From the NCBI GenBank assembly GCA_013239625.1, contig MU053934.1:10455003-10519002 (forward strand): a stretch of DNA of 64,000 nucleotides, given 5' to 3'. The notes under the pieces were generated by a model, which saw only the letters and a program-made list of their open reading frames with translations, was not told where the DNA came from and made no database searches. The stretch is from Lama guanicoe (taxonomy: Eukaryota). Positions within the stretch are counted from its first letter, which is position 1. Every line of letters begins with the position of its first letter. The translations under genes were made by a program, and so were the position numbers. Positions 49,196 to 62,734 of the stretch are shown here, piece after piece.

Positions 49196-50429
49196 GACGG
49201 CGCAGCCCTGGGTTTCAGGAAGGGCCGCCTGAGCTGTCCTTGCTTCCACTGCACAGCTGAGGAGTTAGACTCCCGGGAGTCAAGGTGAAGGGGCGAGAGT
49301 GGCAGCAAATACAGCCGGACCCCCCCACCAGGATGTGTGCTCGTGGACTCAGCGACCTGGTCTGCCTTGCCCATCCCGGCCTCCCTGGCTCTAGACCGGT
49401 CCCCTGAGGCTCCACAGAGAGTCATGGACAGGCTGGGCCATTGACCCCCAAGCCCCTCTGACCTCTTGCTCCAGAACTTTCTACCGAATCATCTCCCCTG
49501 TGCGTCTTTCTTGCAGGGGTTCCCTAACTGCTGCCCACGCAGGACTTTGCAATGAAGACAGCTGAGCCTCGCAAACCCTCTCTCCGTGTTCTGAGGTCCC
49601 CAGCCGAGGTCCGCCGCCACGGGATGAAGGCGGAGCCCACCTTCGACCCCTGGGGGTTGTGAGTGCAGGCAGCTCTGGAGGCCACACCTGGCAGTGCTGA
49701 GGCCATGGCTGTGCAGAGTCACAGACCCCACTTGCAGACGGGGGCTGAATGCTGCTCCCTGGGAGTAACTGCGCATTTAACTCATCTCAGGAAGGGTGAC
49801 AGATTCCCATCAAGCTTCCAGCAGACGTGGACCCTGCCGCCCTGGAGAAGCAAAACGGGAAAGCTGGTTTGTACGGTCACTGAAAACAAGCGGCATGTTT
49901 ATTCAGTGCCATGATGGGCAGAAACGGGGTCACGCCAGGCGACCGCGAGCCCCCCGGCGGCCTTGGGCGGGAGCAGTGGTTCTTGCTGTGTGAACTCCCT
50001 TTCCTCCCCATCAGTCTAACCAAGGTAATTCCGGCCAGACGACGGCCCCACAGGAGACGCCGGCCCCTCAGAGCTTTCTCACTGGATTGATCTTGTTTGT
50101 GTGGGCTGAGCGTGGAGGGGCATTTTTCATTCCACAGAAGGCGTCCACCTTCCTGAAGGCCAGAAAGCTGGGACAGCTGAAACCAGGGAAAAGCTGAAGG
50201 CGACTGCAGTGTGTTCCCCACGTCCACATCCTTATAACCCCAGAGCCCCGCCCCGAGTGCTGGCCCTTGTCGGCGTGGACCGCTGCTGTGCCTGTGAGAT
50301 GAAGTCTGCACATGGCTCCTGTGACACAGCGATGCCGGCCGACTTCCCGTCCCTGAGCGTGTCCCTTCCTGGCTGGCTGCTTCCCCAGCAGGCTCCTGAG
50401 TGCTGGGGATGCCCAGCCACGTGTCCTTT

Positions 50430-51447
50430 GCCTGCTCCTCCTCTGTGTCCTCACCTCGTCCTCCCACCTGGCTCCTGACGCTTCTCCTCTGCCACATTCC
50501 CCGTGGCCCTGTGTGCCCTCACCCAGTGACCTTTCTCCTGCTCCTCAAACAAACCTGACCATTCTTAGCCTAGGGCCAATGCCTCCTCCGTTCCTTTGGC
50601 CAGTGAAGTTCTTCCCACAGAGATTCTTAAAGCTGGCTCTTTCCCAACATCCAGAACTCACTTAGAGCATCACGTCATCCTGACCATCCTTCCACGCCAG
50701 CCTCATGCCCTGCTCCCCTGTCTCCCCAGACTCCACTCTTCACTGTCCAATGTGGCAGCCACGAGCCACGTGTGTCTGCGGCGCACATGGAACGTGGCTG
50801 GTCGGCATTGAGGTGTGCTGAGTACCCACACACTCTGGATTTCAAACACTTCTTTTGAAAAAAAAAGAATGTCAAATAAATGGCTCAATAATTTTTTTTT
50901 CATATTGCTTCCTCATTGAAATGACAATATTTTGGATCAGTTTGGTTTAGTGAACTTTGCTACTGAAATTAATTTCACCCGTTTCTTTTGACTTTGTGAA
51001 ATGTGGCTGCTATGAAACGCAACAGCGCACACGACTCTCGCGCGAGGTGAGCTGTTAGGCCTGCGCCGGGCAGCGCTGCCCCAGAGGCCGCCACCGGGGC
51101 CTGCAGCCCCGCCCGGGAGGGAGGCCTGGCCGCATCCGTAAGCTCCCGGCCTCGGTGTCCCCTCTGCTCAGCGGGGAGCAGGTGGCAGGCGCGTGCCGCT
51201 GGGCGTGGCCGGGGCACTCGCTCGCCGGGAGTTTCCGGTGTTCCTCTCATCTGTGTTCTCATTCCCTTGTGTTATCCTCCATCCCACCCGCCGGTCTCCA
51301 GAGCCGCCTCCTGCATCGCCCGTGCACCCACCTGTCTCGCCTCCACCGTGTGCCAGCGCGGGCAGCTGCTGTGCTCGCCGTGTGTCCTCGGTGCCGTCCC
51401 GTCCCACACGCAGTAGGGGCACAGGGAGCTTGCGCTGAATGAATGAG
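50430..51447 (+). mobile_element. L2a-like 3' end, split by MER33
   Basis: 'ctttctcctgctcctcaaacaaacctgaccattcttagcctaggg...' upstream; ends 'cgcagtaggggcacagggagcttgcgctgaatgaatga' (L2 tail). Confidence 0.7.
50738..51078 (-). mobile_element. MER33-like hAT-Charlie non-autonomous DNA transposon
   Basis: 'cactgtccaatgtggcagccacgagccacgtgtg...gaaatgacaatattttggat...aaattaatttcacccgtttcttttgactttgtgaaatgtggctgcta...ggcagcgctg'; terminal inverted similarity. Confidence 0.85.
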
Positions 51448-53616
51448 GGGACTGAGGCTCCTCCCTCGCCGCTTCCATCCCCACTAGCACTTCCACCCGC
51501 GCCGCTGCAACAGGGCCACAGGCGGGAGTGTCAGGGCACGTCCGCTGCGTGAACGAAGGCTCGCGCGCCCGGGGGTGGGGGAGGGGAGGGTGAACGATGC
51601 TGTGCGTGGCTGATGGTCCCAGGGACCAACAGGAGGCCCTGGTCCTCCAGCTGGCCCCCTCGGCGGGTCTGGTCCCTAGGACGGGGTGGGTGAGGGGAGT
51701 TGGGTGCAGGGGATGGGTGTGTCACAGTCCCGGAGGGCCCGCTCAGGGCCGACCTTCCCCACCAGCTTCAGCTGCTCTGAGTCTCTGCCTCTCCGCCGAT
51801 GCACCCTCTCAGAGAGGCGTCTGTGGGCTGAATAAACGAATGGGTAGATCAGTCAGAGCGCCGGTTCCCATGAGACCACACACAGATATGTGTAGATAAC
51901 CCCATTTTGAAAAGGCAGATGACAACAAAATAGTGTTTAGCAATTACACTCTGAAGATGCTTTTTAATTAATCTGCGAGAACGTCTCTTTCCCACTGACT
52001 GCTGGGCTGCACGGCCTTACCGCTCCCCGAAGGATGGCTGTTCTCACAGCTGCATCTGCTGTTTCATCCGCAGGCTTCCCTCAGGGCCCGCTCGGGGCAG
52101 GACTCTCGGCCCGGTCCTGCTCGCTGGTCGGGGAGGGCTGGATGGGAGCGGGGCGGGACCGAGAGGCACAGGCGGGGTGCAGCGGGGAGGGCTGGCAGCT
52201 CTGGGGGTGGCCAGCTCCTGCTGCTGAGGCTGCTGGGGGAGCTGCGGCCCGTCCCCACCAGGGACGCTGGCCTGTGCCTGCTCCCTCCCTCGGGTCATCT
52301 GGGTGCTGGGCTCGCAGCACCCCCTCCCCTGTGCAGCGTCCTCCTGGTGGCCGCGTCTTCCTGCTTAGTGAGCACTGACGAGCGAGCTCCCCGTCCCGGG
52401 TCTGAGACGGGGCCCTGCTCGCGTTGGCTCAGCGTCCTCGGGCGGCTGGCGTCCCTGTTACAGCTGCGATCATCGCCCTCTCTGCTGGCACAGAAGCACT
52501 CAGGACCAAGGATGCAGGAGGAGTGGCGAGACTCATGGGGGCCCGTTGGGTGGGGGTCAGGGGCCGTCAGGTGTGCCACCCTCTTGGGTTGGTCCCCAGC
52601 AGCACCCGGAGCCTGGGGTGGGAGCAGAGATGCGACCGGACGAGGCCCTGGGCATCCCAGGGGACCTCGGAGCGGCCAGGGCGTGGGCACGGGGCTGGAC
52701 GGTGAGCCTGCTGTCTGAGCCTGGCCGCTGGCTGGGCGGCCCTCCACCCGCTCTGCACCCTGATCCAGGGCAGAGGCTCTCGGTGTCTTCAGTCTCTCCT
52801 GCCCCTCTCTTTCCCCCGCCGCCGCGTGAACATGCCGGAAACTCTTCCACCAACAAAGCAAAACAAGCCAGGTCACCACAGCCAACAACAAGGAGCCTCC
52901 TCCGACCGGTCCCTGCCCTGGGATGGACACCGGGACCTCCCTCTCCTCCCGGGGACCCACTCCAGGCTGTCATCAGTCCTGGCTCTGAGTCCAGGGCCAG
53001 GGAAGGACGAGGCAGAGTGCATCTGAAGTGCCAGCACCAGGTGGAGCCTGGCACGCCACCCGCCACCCCGTCACCAGGCACTGGCCGGGCACCTTGTCCA
53101 GGATGTGTGCGGTGGGGCAGGGGGAACAGAGAGTCCCTGGTCCCCCTTCCCAGAGCGTGAGTCCTGGAGGGAGGAGACTGACAGCCACGAACACACCGCA
53201 CATTTGCAGAACATCAAGTGCGTCGGAGGAGGGGGCAGGGAGGAGGGGGTGTGGGGGACGCTGAGGGTGGGAGAGGCCAGGCGGCCTGGCGTGGGGGTGC
53301 TGGGGTGCAGATGTGGTGAGGAGAGGCTGTCTGGGAGATGCCCTGAGCACAGACCCCAAGCTAGGTGGATCTGCTCAAAGCACAGAACTTCCCCCCGACC
53401 CCCCACCCCACCGGATCACAGAAGCAGCTCGCTCTTCATTTCATGGGGGAGAGAACCGACCTGGGGGAGCAGGTGTCTGAGGACAAGACAGCAGAGAACG
53501 TCAAGAGGAGGCGGGCAGCCGGCTGAGCGCTGCAGGCAGGAAACTAAATGTCGTTGGCCCTGGCCCGAGGGGGGCCCTGCGTGCTGCGGGGATGGGATGA
53601 TGTGTGCCGTGCCTGC

Positions 53617-54004
53617 TGACGGGGACACGCTCCTGGACCAACAGAGAGCTGCGCGCCTCCGGCCCTTCTCAGCTGGGCCCAGGCCTTGGCTGGTGGAGCC
53701 CAGTTTGAGTGCAGAATCCTGCTGGTTCCTTTGCTGAGTGTCCCCCACCTGGATAACTGATCATCTTGGCCCGCCTTCCGCAAGAGTCCCGGGGGGCCAC
53801 TTTAGCAAGACGCCCCCTTCCCTTGTGCCTCAGTGGGTCCCTCTTCGCAACTGTCCACCCACTGACCGCCTCCCCCTGCGCTTTGGTTTTAAACCCTCTG
53901 TAATGGGAACTGAGTTCAACCTCTTGGCCCCATGGCAGGGATCTTGAATAAAGCCTGTCTTGCTGGTTTTAACAAGTGTCTGGTGAATAACTTTTCTATT
54001 ATAA
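53617..54004 (+). mobile_element. MER31-like ERV1 solo LTR
   Basis: Starts 'tgacggggacacgctcctggacca'; internal 'cagaatcctgctgg' and 'tccacccactgacc'; ends 'ttgaataaagcctgtcttgctggttttaacaagtgtctggtgaataacttttct'. Confidence 0.75.
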
Positions 54005-54179
54005 TGTAAAGGGCGTAGGGGAAGGGGGATGGCGGTGCCTCCTGTAAAGAGCACAGCGGCGCAGCCCTGCGTTAAACGCTGACAAGGCCGGGAAGACCAA
54101 ACACTAGGCAGCGTCTCTGGCGGCCCCGTGGCACCGCTGCCTTGCCGGGCGCAGCCCTGCCGCGGGCGCCAGGTCCCTC

Positions 54180-54490
54180 TCTAAACTGCCCCTCTGCATC
54201 CCCGCCTGGGCCTCAGTTTCGCCGTGTGGGAAATGGCCCAGTGGTGGGAGCTGCCGGCATCTCCTGAGTGCTGCTGGCCGAGGTCCCCCAGCACTCTCGT
54301 GCCAGGGAGCCCTGGGGGGCTGCTGGGACGACAGGCAAACACGTGTGGAGCTGCTGGTCCCCTCGGTGCGGCCTCCCTGAGATACAGTGAGCCGCGGGGC
54401 TCAGGGCCGCGGTCATTTACAGCAGTGGGGGCCCGAGAGGTGGGGGGCCAGCTCAAGGTCACACAGTCACTTAGTGGGGGAGGGCCGGCC
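54180..54490. mobile_element. Two MIR fragments (+ then -)
   Basis: 'ctgggcctcagtttcgccgtgtgggaaatgg' (+) and 'catttacagcagtgggggcccgagaggt...gctcaaggtcacacagtcacttagtgg' (-). Confidence 0.6.
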
Positions 54491-55769
54491 CCTGGCCCCT
54501 CTGTCCAGCCCCCTCTGCTGGCCTCCTTATCGGCCGCTGGGCAGGAGGGCGCTCCGGGCCCGGCCCCGGCTCTGCTATCGCACCTGGAGCCCAGCCACTC
54601 CTCTCTGTAACTCCATCAGAATCCTTTATTCCTTCCGAGCTGTGACCCAGAAAAACCCCATTTGTGGTGCACACAGCTTCCTGCCTGCTTGGAATTCGCG
54701 AGCACAGAACCGCTTGCTTCGGGCGCCCCTGGCGCTGGGTGGAGAAGGGGGAGGCCCGGCCGGCGGGAGCCAGGCCCAGGCTGGCTGGAGGCACAGGCGC
54801 TCAGTGGCCTGGGCTCTGGGGTCTTGGGACCCTGGCCAGGTGGTTTATTTTCTTGCTCTAGATAAATAAAAGGCAGAGCCCTAGAAGGAGGTCGGCGTGG
54901 GCAGAGGAGCTGGCCCATGGGAGGATGGGCCTTGCAGCTGAGCCCTCAGGGCGCAGCCTGTGGCTGGGCGGGGCCCTGCCTTGTCTGGCCTGACGCTCGG
55001 GGCAGAGGGCTCCAGGGAAGGGCAGGGGTGAGAAGTCCTGGGGATCAGCAGGGGCTGGTTGGGGCTCCACCCCCACCTCCTGGGCACCGTCTAGAAAATG
55101 AAGGCAAACCTCACGCCTGGGAGCGGAGCCCCCCCTCCCCCCGCAGGCACTGAGGACCTGTGGAGTCCTGTGCAAAATCGGAGCCCACACTCCTAGCCCC
55201 TCAGACACCAGCCGTGCAGTCTCTCGTTCCCAGACTCCACCCGGGGGCCGAGGGTGCGTCTCACCGTCTGCGTGGCTGCAGGGCCAGGCAGCTTGTAGCC
55301 CCGGGGGTGGGGGAGACCACGGGATTCCCCCAACACCAAACAGGTATGTTCTGTCAACATTAAAACAGGAGAAAGCCACCTGTTGACCCCTTGCCAGCAG
55401 CAGGGCCCCAGGACAGCCTGGGCCAGGGGAGCCTGGCTATCAGGGGAAGAGTAACTCAGTGAGTCATTCTAGGCATCCGCCCAGGTTGCCCCTGGAACCA
55501 GAAGCGTTCCCAAACTGCCTCTGGTGTAACCTGTTCCAAGAGAAAACCATGTGCTGCCAGACCTACGAGGCCCCAGAGAGACCATTTCGAAGAGCCTCCC
55601 GCATCTTCCAGGGGGCGAAAGCGAGCAAAAGGCAGGAGCTGACGCAGGGGGGTCCCACGGAGAGTGAGCTGGTGCAGGGCTCAGGGTCCCTGCTCCACAC
55701 CCCGTGTCCCCCTCCCTACATGGTGACCCCCAAAGGGTCGAGGGCGCTGTGGAGACAAAGCACAGGATC

Positions 55770-55950
55770 TGAAGCCGCACGGACCTGGCTCTGAGCCCTA
55801 GTCACTGGCTGTGAGATCCTGGGTCCATGATGTAAATGCTCTGAGCGGCAGCTTCCTTGTTTGCAACTGGGAGGTAACGTTCACTTCCTGCAGGATTGTC
55901 AAGCAGGTTAAAGACACAACGTTGGGTTCCAATTTTGAGCAAGAAATATT
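55770..55950 (+). mobile_element. MIR SINE
   Basis: 'gacctggctctgagccctagtcactggctgtgagatcctggg...ctctgagcggcagcttccttgtttgcaactgggagg'. Confidence 0.65.
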
Positions 55951-55999
55951 AAGTGCATCCTGTCTTGTTATCCTGCTGAGCGCAAATGTAAAGCTTGGG

Positions 56000-58900
56000 C
56001 GGAGGTAACGTGGGGCTTGGAGAGGGAGGTGGCAGCCAACAGACCGAGGAAGCAGACAGGTACCAAACAGGTGGGGAGCTTCCCATTGGTGTCTCCCAGC
56101 CTGGCGTTAAAGGCAGCATGAAGCGTGGACATACAGACCAGGTGTGGGCTGAAAGAGCCGCAGGAAAAACCCTTGCACTTTGGCCCGAGGGACAGAGAAG
56201 GAGCCCCCCGAGGCTTAGGGGCAGTGAGGGGAATCCACTGTGTTGCTTTCCCTTTTATCCTGTCTGTCTTGCCACAACTCAAGAGGATGCAGCGGAAAAG
56301 ACGGGGCTGGGCGGGCACCTCAGAGGCACAGGGAGGGGTTTCCCCTCTCCTAGATGTGGTCCTAAGAGCAAGAGGTGAGTTCTTATTGCTTTGTCTTCTG
56401 TTCTCCTAATGTTTGGTCCAGACCCAAACGCAGTTGAGGAAAATACACAGCGAAGCAGAAAAAAATTGCAGCCCAGGCTTTTGGCTTGAGGACTGCAAAA
56501 GGGGCCCCAGAGAACCAAAAAGTGTCAGGCAATCATGACGAGAAAGGAAGTCAAGACAGCTGCCCTGTAAAGTGGAGCACGAGCTCCTGGCTTCTCTAAG
56601 CTGCGCATACATGGATCTGACGTTAAGGAGCACGCCTTGGATTCTGAGAGCTAAATTATGAGATACTCTGCTGCCCACGTCCCACACTGGCCCCCGAGTG
56701 CTCACATGCTGGACAGACCTGCAAAGCACCACAGAGACTTTAAACTGAGCTGACATTGAAGCTACAGCCCACAGGAGGAGTGCCAGAGCTTTGTTCTGAA
56801 CATAATCAGGTTGACTGTCTGCTACACCAAACACCTGCATGATCCAGAGGATTTGAAGAGGACCTAGAGCCTCACAGCATAACAATCAAAACGTCCAGTC
56901 CAATATCACCACAACCCCGAAGTAACCGGCGCACACACAGGACAGGGGAAAGCCAGCTTGCAAGACGAAAGCCAATCAGCAGTGCTGAGAAGCCACAGAT
57001 GCAGGCATCTTAGAAAAGTACTTTAAAAACCATGGCTTAAGAAGTAAGGGCAAACCCTCTGGAAACAAATGGAAAGAATGGAAACTCTCAACAAAGGAAA
57101 AAAAAGTGCAAAGAAGAAGCAAATGGAAGTTTTAGGGCGGAATATAATCCCTGAAATAGGAATTTCACAGATGGAGTCACTAGCAGATCTGCAACGACAG
57201 AAGAAAGAGCCAGTGAACTGGAAGACAAGCCAACAAAAGACGAGCTCTGAACACCAGAGAGGAGGCACCGGGAGAGAGTGAACAGAACCTCCAGGCCTCT
57301 GGGGCAGTAAAAAAGCTCCAGCATGCGTGCCGTCAGAGTCCCAGGAAAAGAGAAAAAAAGAACATGACACAGAAAAAGTATTTGAAAACAAATGTTGGCT
57401 GAAAACTCCCTAAATTTGGGGAAGACAGAAACGTTCGTTCATAGTCAAAAACCTCCAAGAAGGTGAACTCAAAGAAATCGTGGACCAGACACATTCTAAC
57501 TGAGCTACTGAAAACTAACGACCACCCCCCGACCCCAAACCCAAATTCAAAGACCAAACAACAAGATAAACCAAACAAAGGTATTGAGAGAAAGACACCG
57601 AACAGCATCAAAGGAAGCAACGAACCTGAGAAAGTGGGACGGCCAGGAGGAACTGACACGACCCTTTAAAAGAACCGGAAGAAGAGAGCTGTCAGCCCAG
57701 AATTCTACACCCGGGGTAAAGGAGAGAAGAGACAGATGAAGGAACCCTGGGAGAATTTGCTGCCAGCACATCTGCCCTCATAGAAATGCCGAAGGAGGTT
57801 TTTCAGAAATAAGGGAGATTACACCAGAGGGAAATGTGAAATACTGCGTAGATAGGAAGAAATAAGGGAATGATGACTTTCCAAGTAAACAGAATGTTCT
57901 CTGAAATTCTTTAAAATAAGACCACCGAAAGCAAAAATTAGAACGCTGTCTGATGGGATGTTCAAGGTTCGTGGGCGTGATTCTGCTGTGGGAGGCAGCG
58001 CAGAGGCACTGGGAGGCACTCCCATGACGCTCGGGCTTATGCGGTCCACCTGGTGCGGTGAGACACGGAGTCTACACGCACCGTGAGACGTTCGGCATGT
58101 GCATGGTAACTCAGACAGCAAGTCCGGACATAACCCCGCCAAAGGCATGGTCCAAACCTCAGCAGACAGAATAAGGGGGAATATTAAAACAAATCCAATT
58201 AATTAAATCCGAAAATGGGAAATCGGGAAGAAAACCAGAACTCAGATAGTCTAAACATACCATCTAGAAGAGAGAGATGGGAAGTCAGTCCGAGAAACCA
58301 CGTATCGTAGGTGAAACGTCCAGAATGGAGACGTCCGCAGAGACAGAATGTAAAGCAGTGGCCTCCTGGGGCGGGCCTCGGGAGCGGAGACGGACGCTGC
58401 TGAGCATGGGGCTGGAATTGCTCCAAAATCAGATTGCTCGGATGGTTACAGACTCTGTGGATCCACGGGAGCCAAGCAGCTGGACACTCTAAGTGGGTGG
58501 ATTTTGTGGTGTTTAAAATGAACTTCAATAACGCTGTATACACTGACGACTTAGAAAATAAACATTAGCATAATAACAAAGTGTATCTTTTAAAAGTTAG
58601 GGATGGTCAGGACTGATTAAGAAAAGACACAGTGGTGGGCCCTTTCAAAAACCCGCTTTGAACATAAGGATACAGGTAGACTTTATTCTAACTGTGACAC
58701 AGACCCCAATGCAAAATAATTGAAGTCACGCAAAGTATGTTCTCTGAACAAAATGGAATTAAACCAGAAATGGATAAGAGAAAGTTGGCTGGTGAATCTT
58801 TAAGTATTTGATCGTTGAACAGAAAACTTCTAAATAATACACGGGCCAAAGAGGAAGCTTTATGGGAGATTAACAAATACTTTGAACAGAACAAAGATGA

Positions 58901-61900
58901 AAACACAGTGTATAAACCACAAGTAAGAGCCTGTGGGGGGCAGCCGGGGACGCGCTTAGAGGGCGATGTGTGGTGTTTAGTATTTACATGAGAAAGAAAT
59001 GCTCAGGATCAAAAACGTGTCGCTACCATAAGACTACAGAAAAGAAGGGCGTAGTAAGCCCCGATGAGAAGAAAAGGAGTAGTGACGGCTGGAGTGGAAA
59101 ACAATACTGTGTAAGCACAAAAACAGACCAAAAAAAAAAAAAAAAAGAGGAATGAAAGCCTGTTTTTTTCTAAAAAGATCAATAAATGGATAAACTTCTA
59201 GCCAGACCAGCAAAGGAAGAAAGAGAGAAAAACAGAAATGGAGAAAGAGAGAGAGAGAGAAAGAAAGAAAGGGACACATTTTCAGTTTGAACAAAGAGGG
59301 GACATCACTACACAATCCACAGACATTCAAGGGTTAATAAGCAAACACTACAAACAACTCTACACACACACATTTGACAACTTTGATGAAATGAATCAAT
59401 TCCTCCAAAGCCACAAACCACCATAATTCACTCAAGAAGAAATAGATAACCTGAGGAGTCCCATATCCATCAAAGAAATTGAATTTATAGCTTAAAATCT
59501 TCCAAAGGAACAAAGGAAAACAAATGTCTGGGCCTAGACGATTTCGCTGGTCAATTCTGTCCAATATTTAAAGATGAAGTAATGCCGTATCAATATGGTT
59601 TTCCTCCCAGACAATTAGAGAGGAGGGACCACTTCCTAATTGATTTTATGTGGCTGAAACTACCCTGATAAAAAAGAGAGCCCCAAAAAAAGATCAAGCT
59701 TTCACGAACAGAGGTGCAAAAATGACAGCAAAATCTTAACAAATGGAGTCCAAGGGTACAGAAGACGTGTTCAGTATTCAAAAACCAATCACCATGATCC
59801 AGCATGAAAAAGACTAAAAAAAAAAAAACCATTTGTCAAATAAAATTCTGCAGAAAAAGTTTTGACAAAATTCAGCTCCATTCTCAACAGAAGCTGTCAG
59901 CAAACTAGGAAAAGTAGGCCACCTTTTCAACCCGATGAAGGGCATTCTCCAGACGTCGTACTGAATGTGAAAGTCTCAACGTTCTCCCCCTAAGATCAGG
60001 ACCAAGGCAAGGGTGCACATTTCCACCACTCCTGTTCAGCACCACGCTGAGTCCTCTGCCGTGCGTGACAGCAAGAAAAAGGAGCAAAAGGCACACGTGC
60101 TGGGAAGAAAGAAGGAAAGTTGTAGCCGTTGCATATGATGCAACTGCACGCACAGAAAATCCCAAGAATCAACAAGAAAGTTACTAGGATAAGTGGGTTT
60201 TGTGACGATGTAGGAAACAGATCAACAGACAAAATTAAATCATATATTTGTATACTAGCAATGAATTTGGAAACCATTTTGAAACCAAAGTTAATAGAAA
60301 CACTACCATTTAAAATATTTCCAAACTGTATGAAACACTGGGCTTTAAATCTAACGGAACAGATACAGGATCAGTGCGCTGAGAACCACAAAACACGGAT
60401 GTAAGGAATCAAGTAAGACCTGAGTCAAGGGAGGGAGGCGCCATATTCATGGATGGGAAGAGTCAATGTAGCTAAGACTTAAATTCTTTCCAAATGGACC
60501 TAGAGATTTAGTGCAGTTTCAGCAAAAATCCCAGTGGATTCTTTTTCTGTAGGCATAGACGAATGGATTCAAAAATGTATATGGAAAACCAAAGGAATTA
60601 GAATAGCCAAAGCAACATTTTTAAAGAGAAGAATCGACGTGGAGGAGGCCCGTTACCTGGTTTTAGGACTTACCATAGAGCTGTGGCTCTCGAGGCTGAG
60701 GTGTGGCGAAGGGGTGGGCTCGTGGGCCAAAAGGACAGAACAGAAAGCAGAGAAATGAACCAACAGAATACGTCTAACAGACACGAGCTAACACGTAATG
60801 GAAAGCAGAGAGGACTCGTTTCCAACAAATGGTGCTGGAGCAATTTGACACTCATGTGGAAAACTAGAATCTGGAGTGAGACTTGACACCTCACAAAACT
60901 CAGAAAGGTCGTAGATCTAAATGCAAAAGTAAATGGATACATTTTTTAGAAGATAAACGTGCGTAAATATTTGCGACCTGTCATGTAAAGAAATCAAAAC
61001 GCATGATCTAAAAAGAAAAAGAAACCCAGGATTTCATCAAAACTAAATACTTCTGTTCTGCGGGAGACCCTGTTCAGAGCATGAAAACCCAAGCTGCAGA
61101 CTGGGGGAAGGTATTTGCAAATCACATGTCAGATAAAACACCCAGAGCATATAAGGAGCTTGCAAAACTCAGCAGTTGGAAACAAACCCAGTGGGGAAGA
61201 GGAGTGAGCACCAGATCTGAACAGACACTTCCCCCAGGAAGAGACACTGAGGTGCACGAGCCCAGGAGGAGACCGGCACCGCGACTCACCGCGAGGGAAG
61301 TGCACATTAGCACCCCAGGGAGATGCCTCCACACGGCTCACACGCGCCGACACCGCCAAGTGCAGGAGAGGGTGTGCAGCGCTGGGGCTCACGCGCGCTG
61401 TGCTGGCGGGAATGCAGAATGGTGCTCACGGCCTCTGGGAAAACTCTGTCGGCTTCTTATCAAGTGAAACCTACTCTTATCTATGATCCAGCAACCCTGC
61501 TCCCAGGTAATTGTCACAGAGAAACGAAAGCTCCGCACAGCACGGATATCTATAGAGGTTCTATTCATAATCCTCAAAAAATGGAAACTGCCCCTTGGTC
61601 CTTTAGCTGGATAAACAAACTGTGCTACATCCATGCAACGGAATATGGTGTGGTGATAAACAAAATGGGTGAATATTGACCCACGTACAACACGGGTGCG
61701 CCTCCGAAGCTTGACGCTGTGGGAGAGATGCAGTCTCGCCGTGGGATTCACGAATGCCATCTTCCCGGAAGAGCAGACCAGAAGGACCGGAGCAGGTCAG
61801 GGGCTGCCGGTGGGTGTGGGGGGCAGTGGCCACAAAGGGGCAGACCTGGGGCGTTTTGGGGGTGATGAAGCCGCCCTCCACTCTGATTACAGTGGAGGTT

Positions 61901-61997
61901 ACAGAATCCATACGTGTGTTAAATCGCATATGAATGTCAGTCCAGCAAAGTCACTTTTACTGCATGTTGATTTTTTAAAATCAAAATTTAAAAAATG
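56000..61997 (+). mobile_element. Near full-length degenerate L1 (old L1MC/MD-like)
   Basis: ORF1 coiled-coil remnant (57069..57281, KKQMEVL); ORF2 remnants RGDITTQSTDIQGLISKHYKQLYTHTFDNFDEMNQFL (59238..59426), NKWCWSN (60683..60886), DWGKVFANHMSDK (61081); 3'UTR ending 'ttttactgcatgttgattttttaaaatcaaaa'. Many stops and frameshifts. 5' boundary approximate. Confidence 0.92.
58295..58545 (+). mobile_element. L1MB-like 3'UTR fragment nested in the larger L1
   Basis: 'gaaacgtccagaatggagacgtccgcagagacagaatgtaaagcagtgg...gtgggtggattttgtggtgtttaaaatgaacttcaataacgctgt'. Confidence 0.75.
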
Positions 61998-62734
61998 ATA
62001 TAATGAAACAAAAATACACTTGTGTACATTATATATGTTGCTGTCATTCCTCTGTTTATTAATTAAAAAATTGTACAAGTTTCTACTGCAATGCTATAGC
62101 AAGAATGGACGTTTTTGACGGGCAGTGCACAGTGTGGGCAGCGCCCAGCCCTGCTGCCACCCCTTCCACCCTGGCAGGGCTCCCGAGGCGCACCCTGACC
62201 CTCCTGCATCTCAGCTCTGAGGGGCCCTGCTAAGCTCAGCGGGGAACGGTCGTGACTCCCTCGTGGTCTAAAGTGACCGACCCCACGCCCCGCTCTTCAT
62301 CCGGACTGTTCACTTCCTCTGCTGTGGCACATCCCACCAGCCTCCCCTGCACGACCAGGATCCCTGAGGGGAGGGGAGGCTGCCACTGCCTCTCAGTCAC
62401 CTCTGTGTCCCGAGGACCAGCCGGACGACTCAGGACCACACTCAGCAGAAGACCAGCCCCGCTGGAGCTGGAGGTGCACCAAGACCCAGAGGCGGGTCCT
62501 CGAGGGTGGCAGCTGTGTCTTCTCTGGCTGTGGGAGCCCATGTCGGAGCCCCTGCAGGCTTGAGGATGGTGGTGCCCGAGGCACCACCTGGGTCTGCTCT
62601 GGGCTGGGGCCAAGGGGTCAGCGCGTGGCCAAGGACAGGGGCCACGTGTGCAGCCAGACCCAGGCCCGCTCCTCCGCCAGCCCCTGCTGCTGAAGTGCCC
62701 TCGTGCGTCCTGGTGACTCTTCACGAAGCGGGAG

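Noticed and set aside
56000..61997. Potentially active L1 or domesticated RT gene
   Set aside because: ORF1 and ORF2 are broken into short frames with many stops, deletions and a nested insertion.
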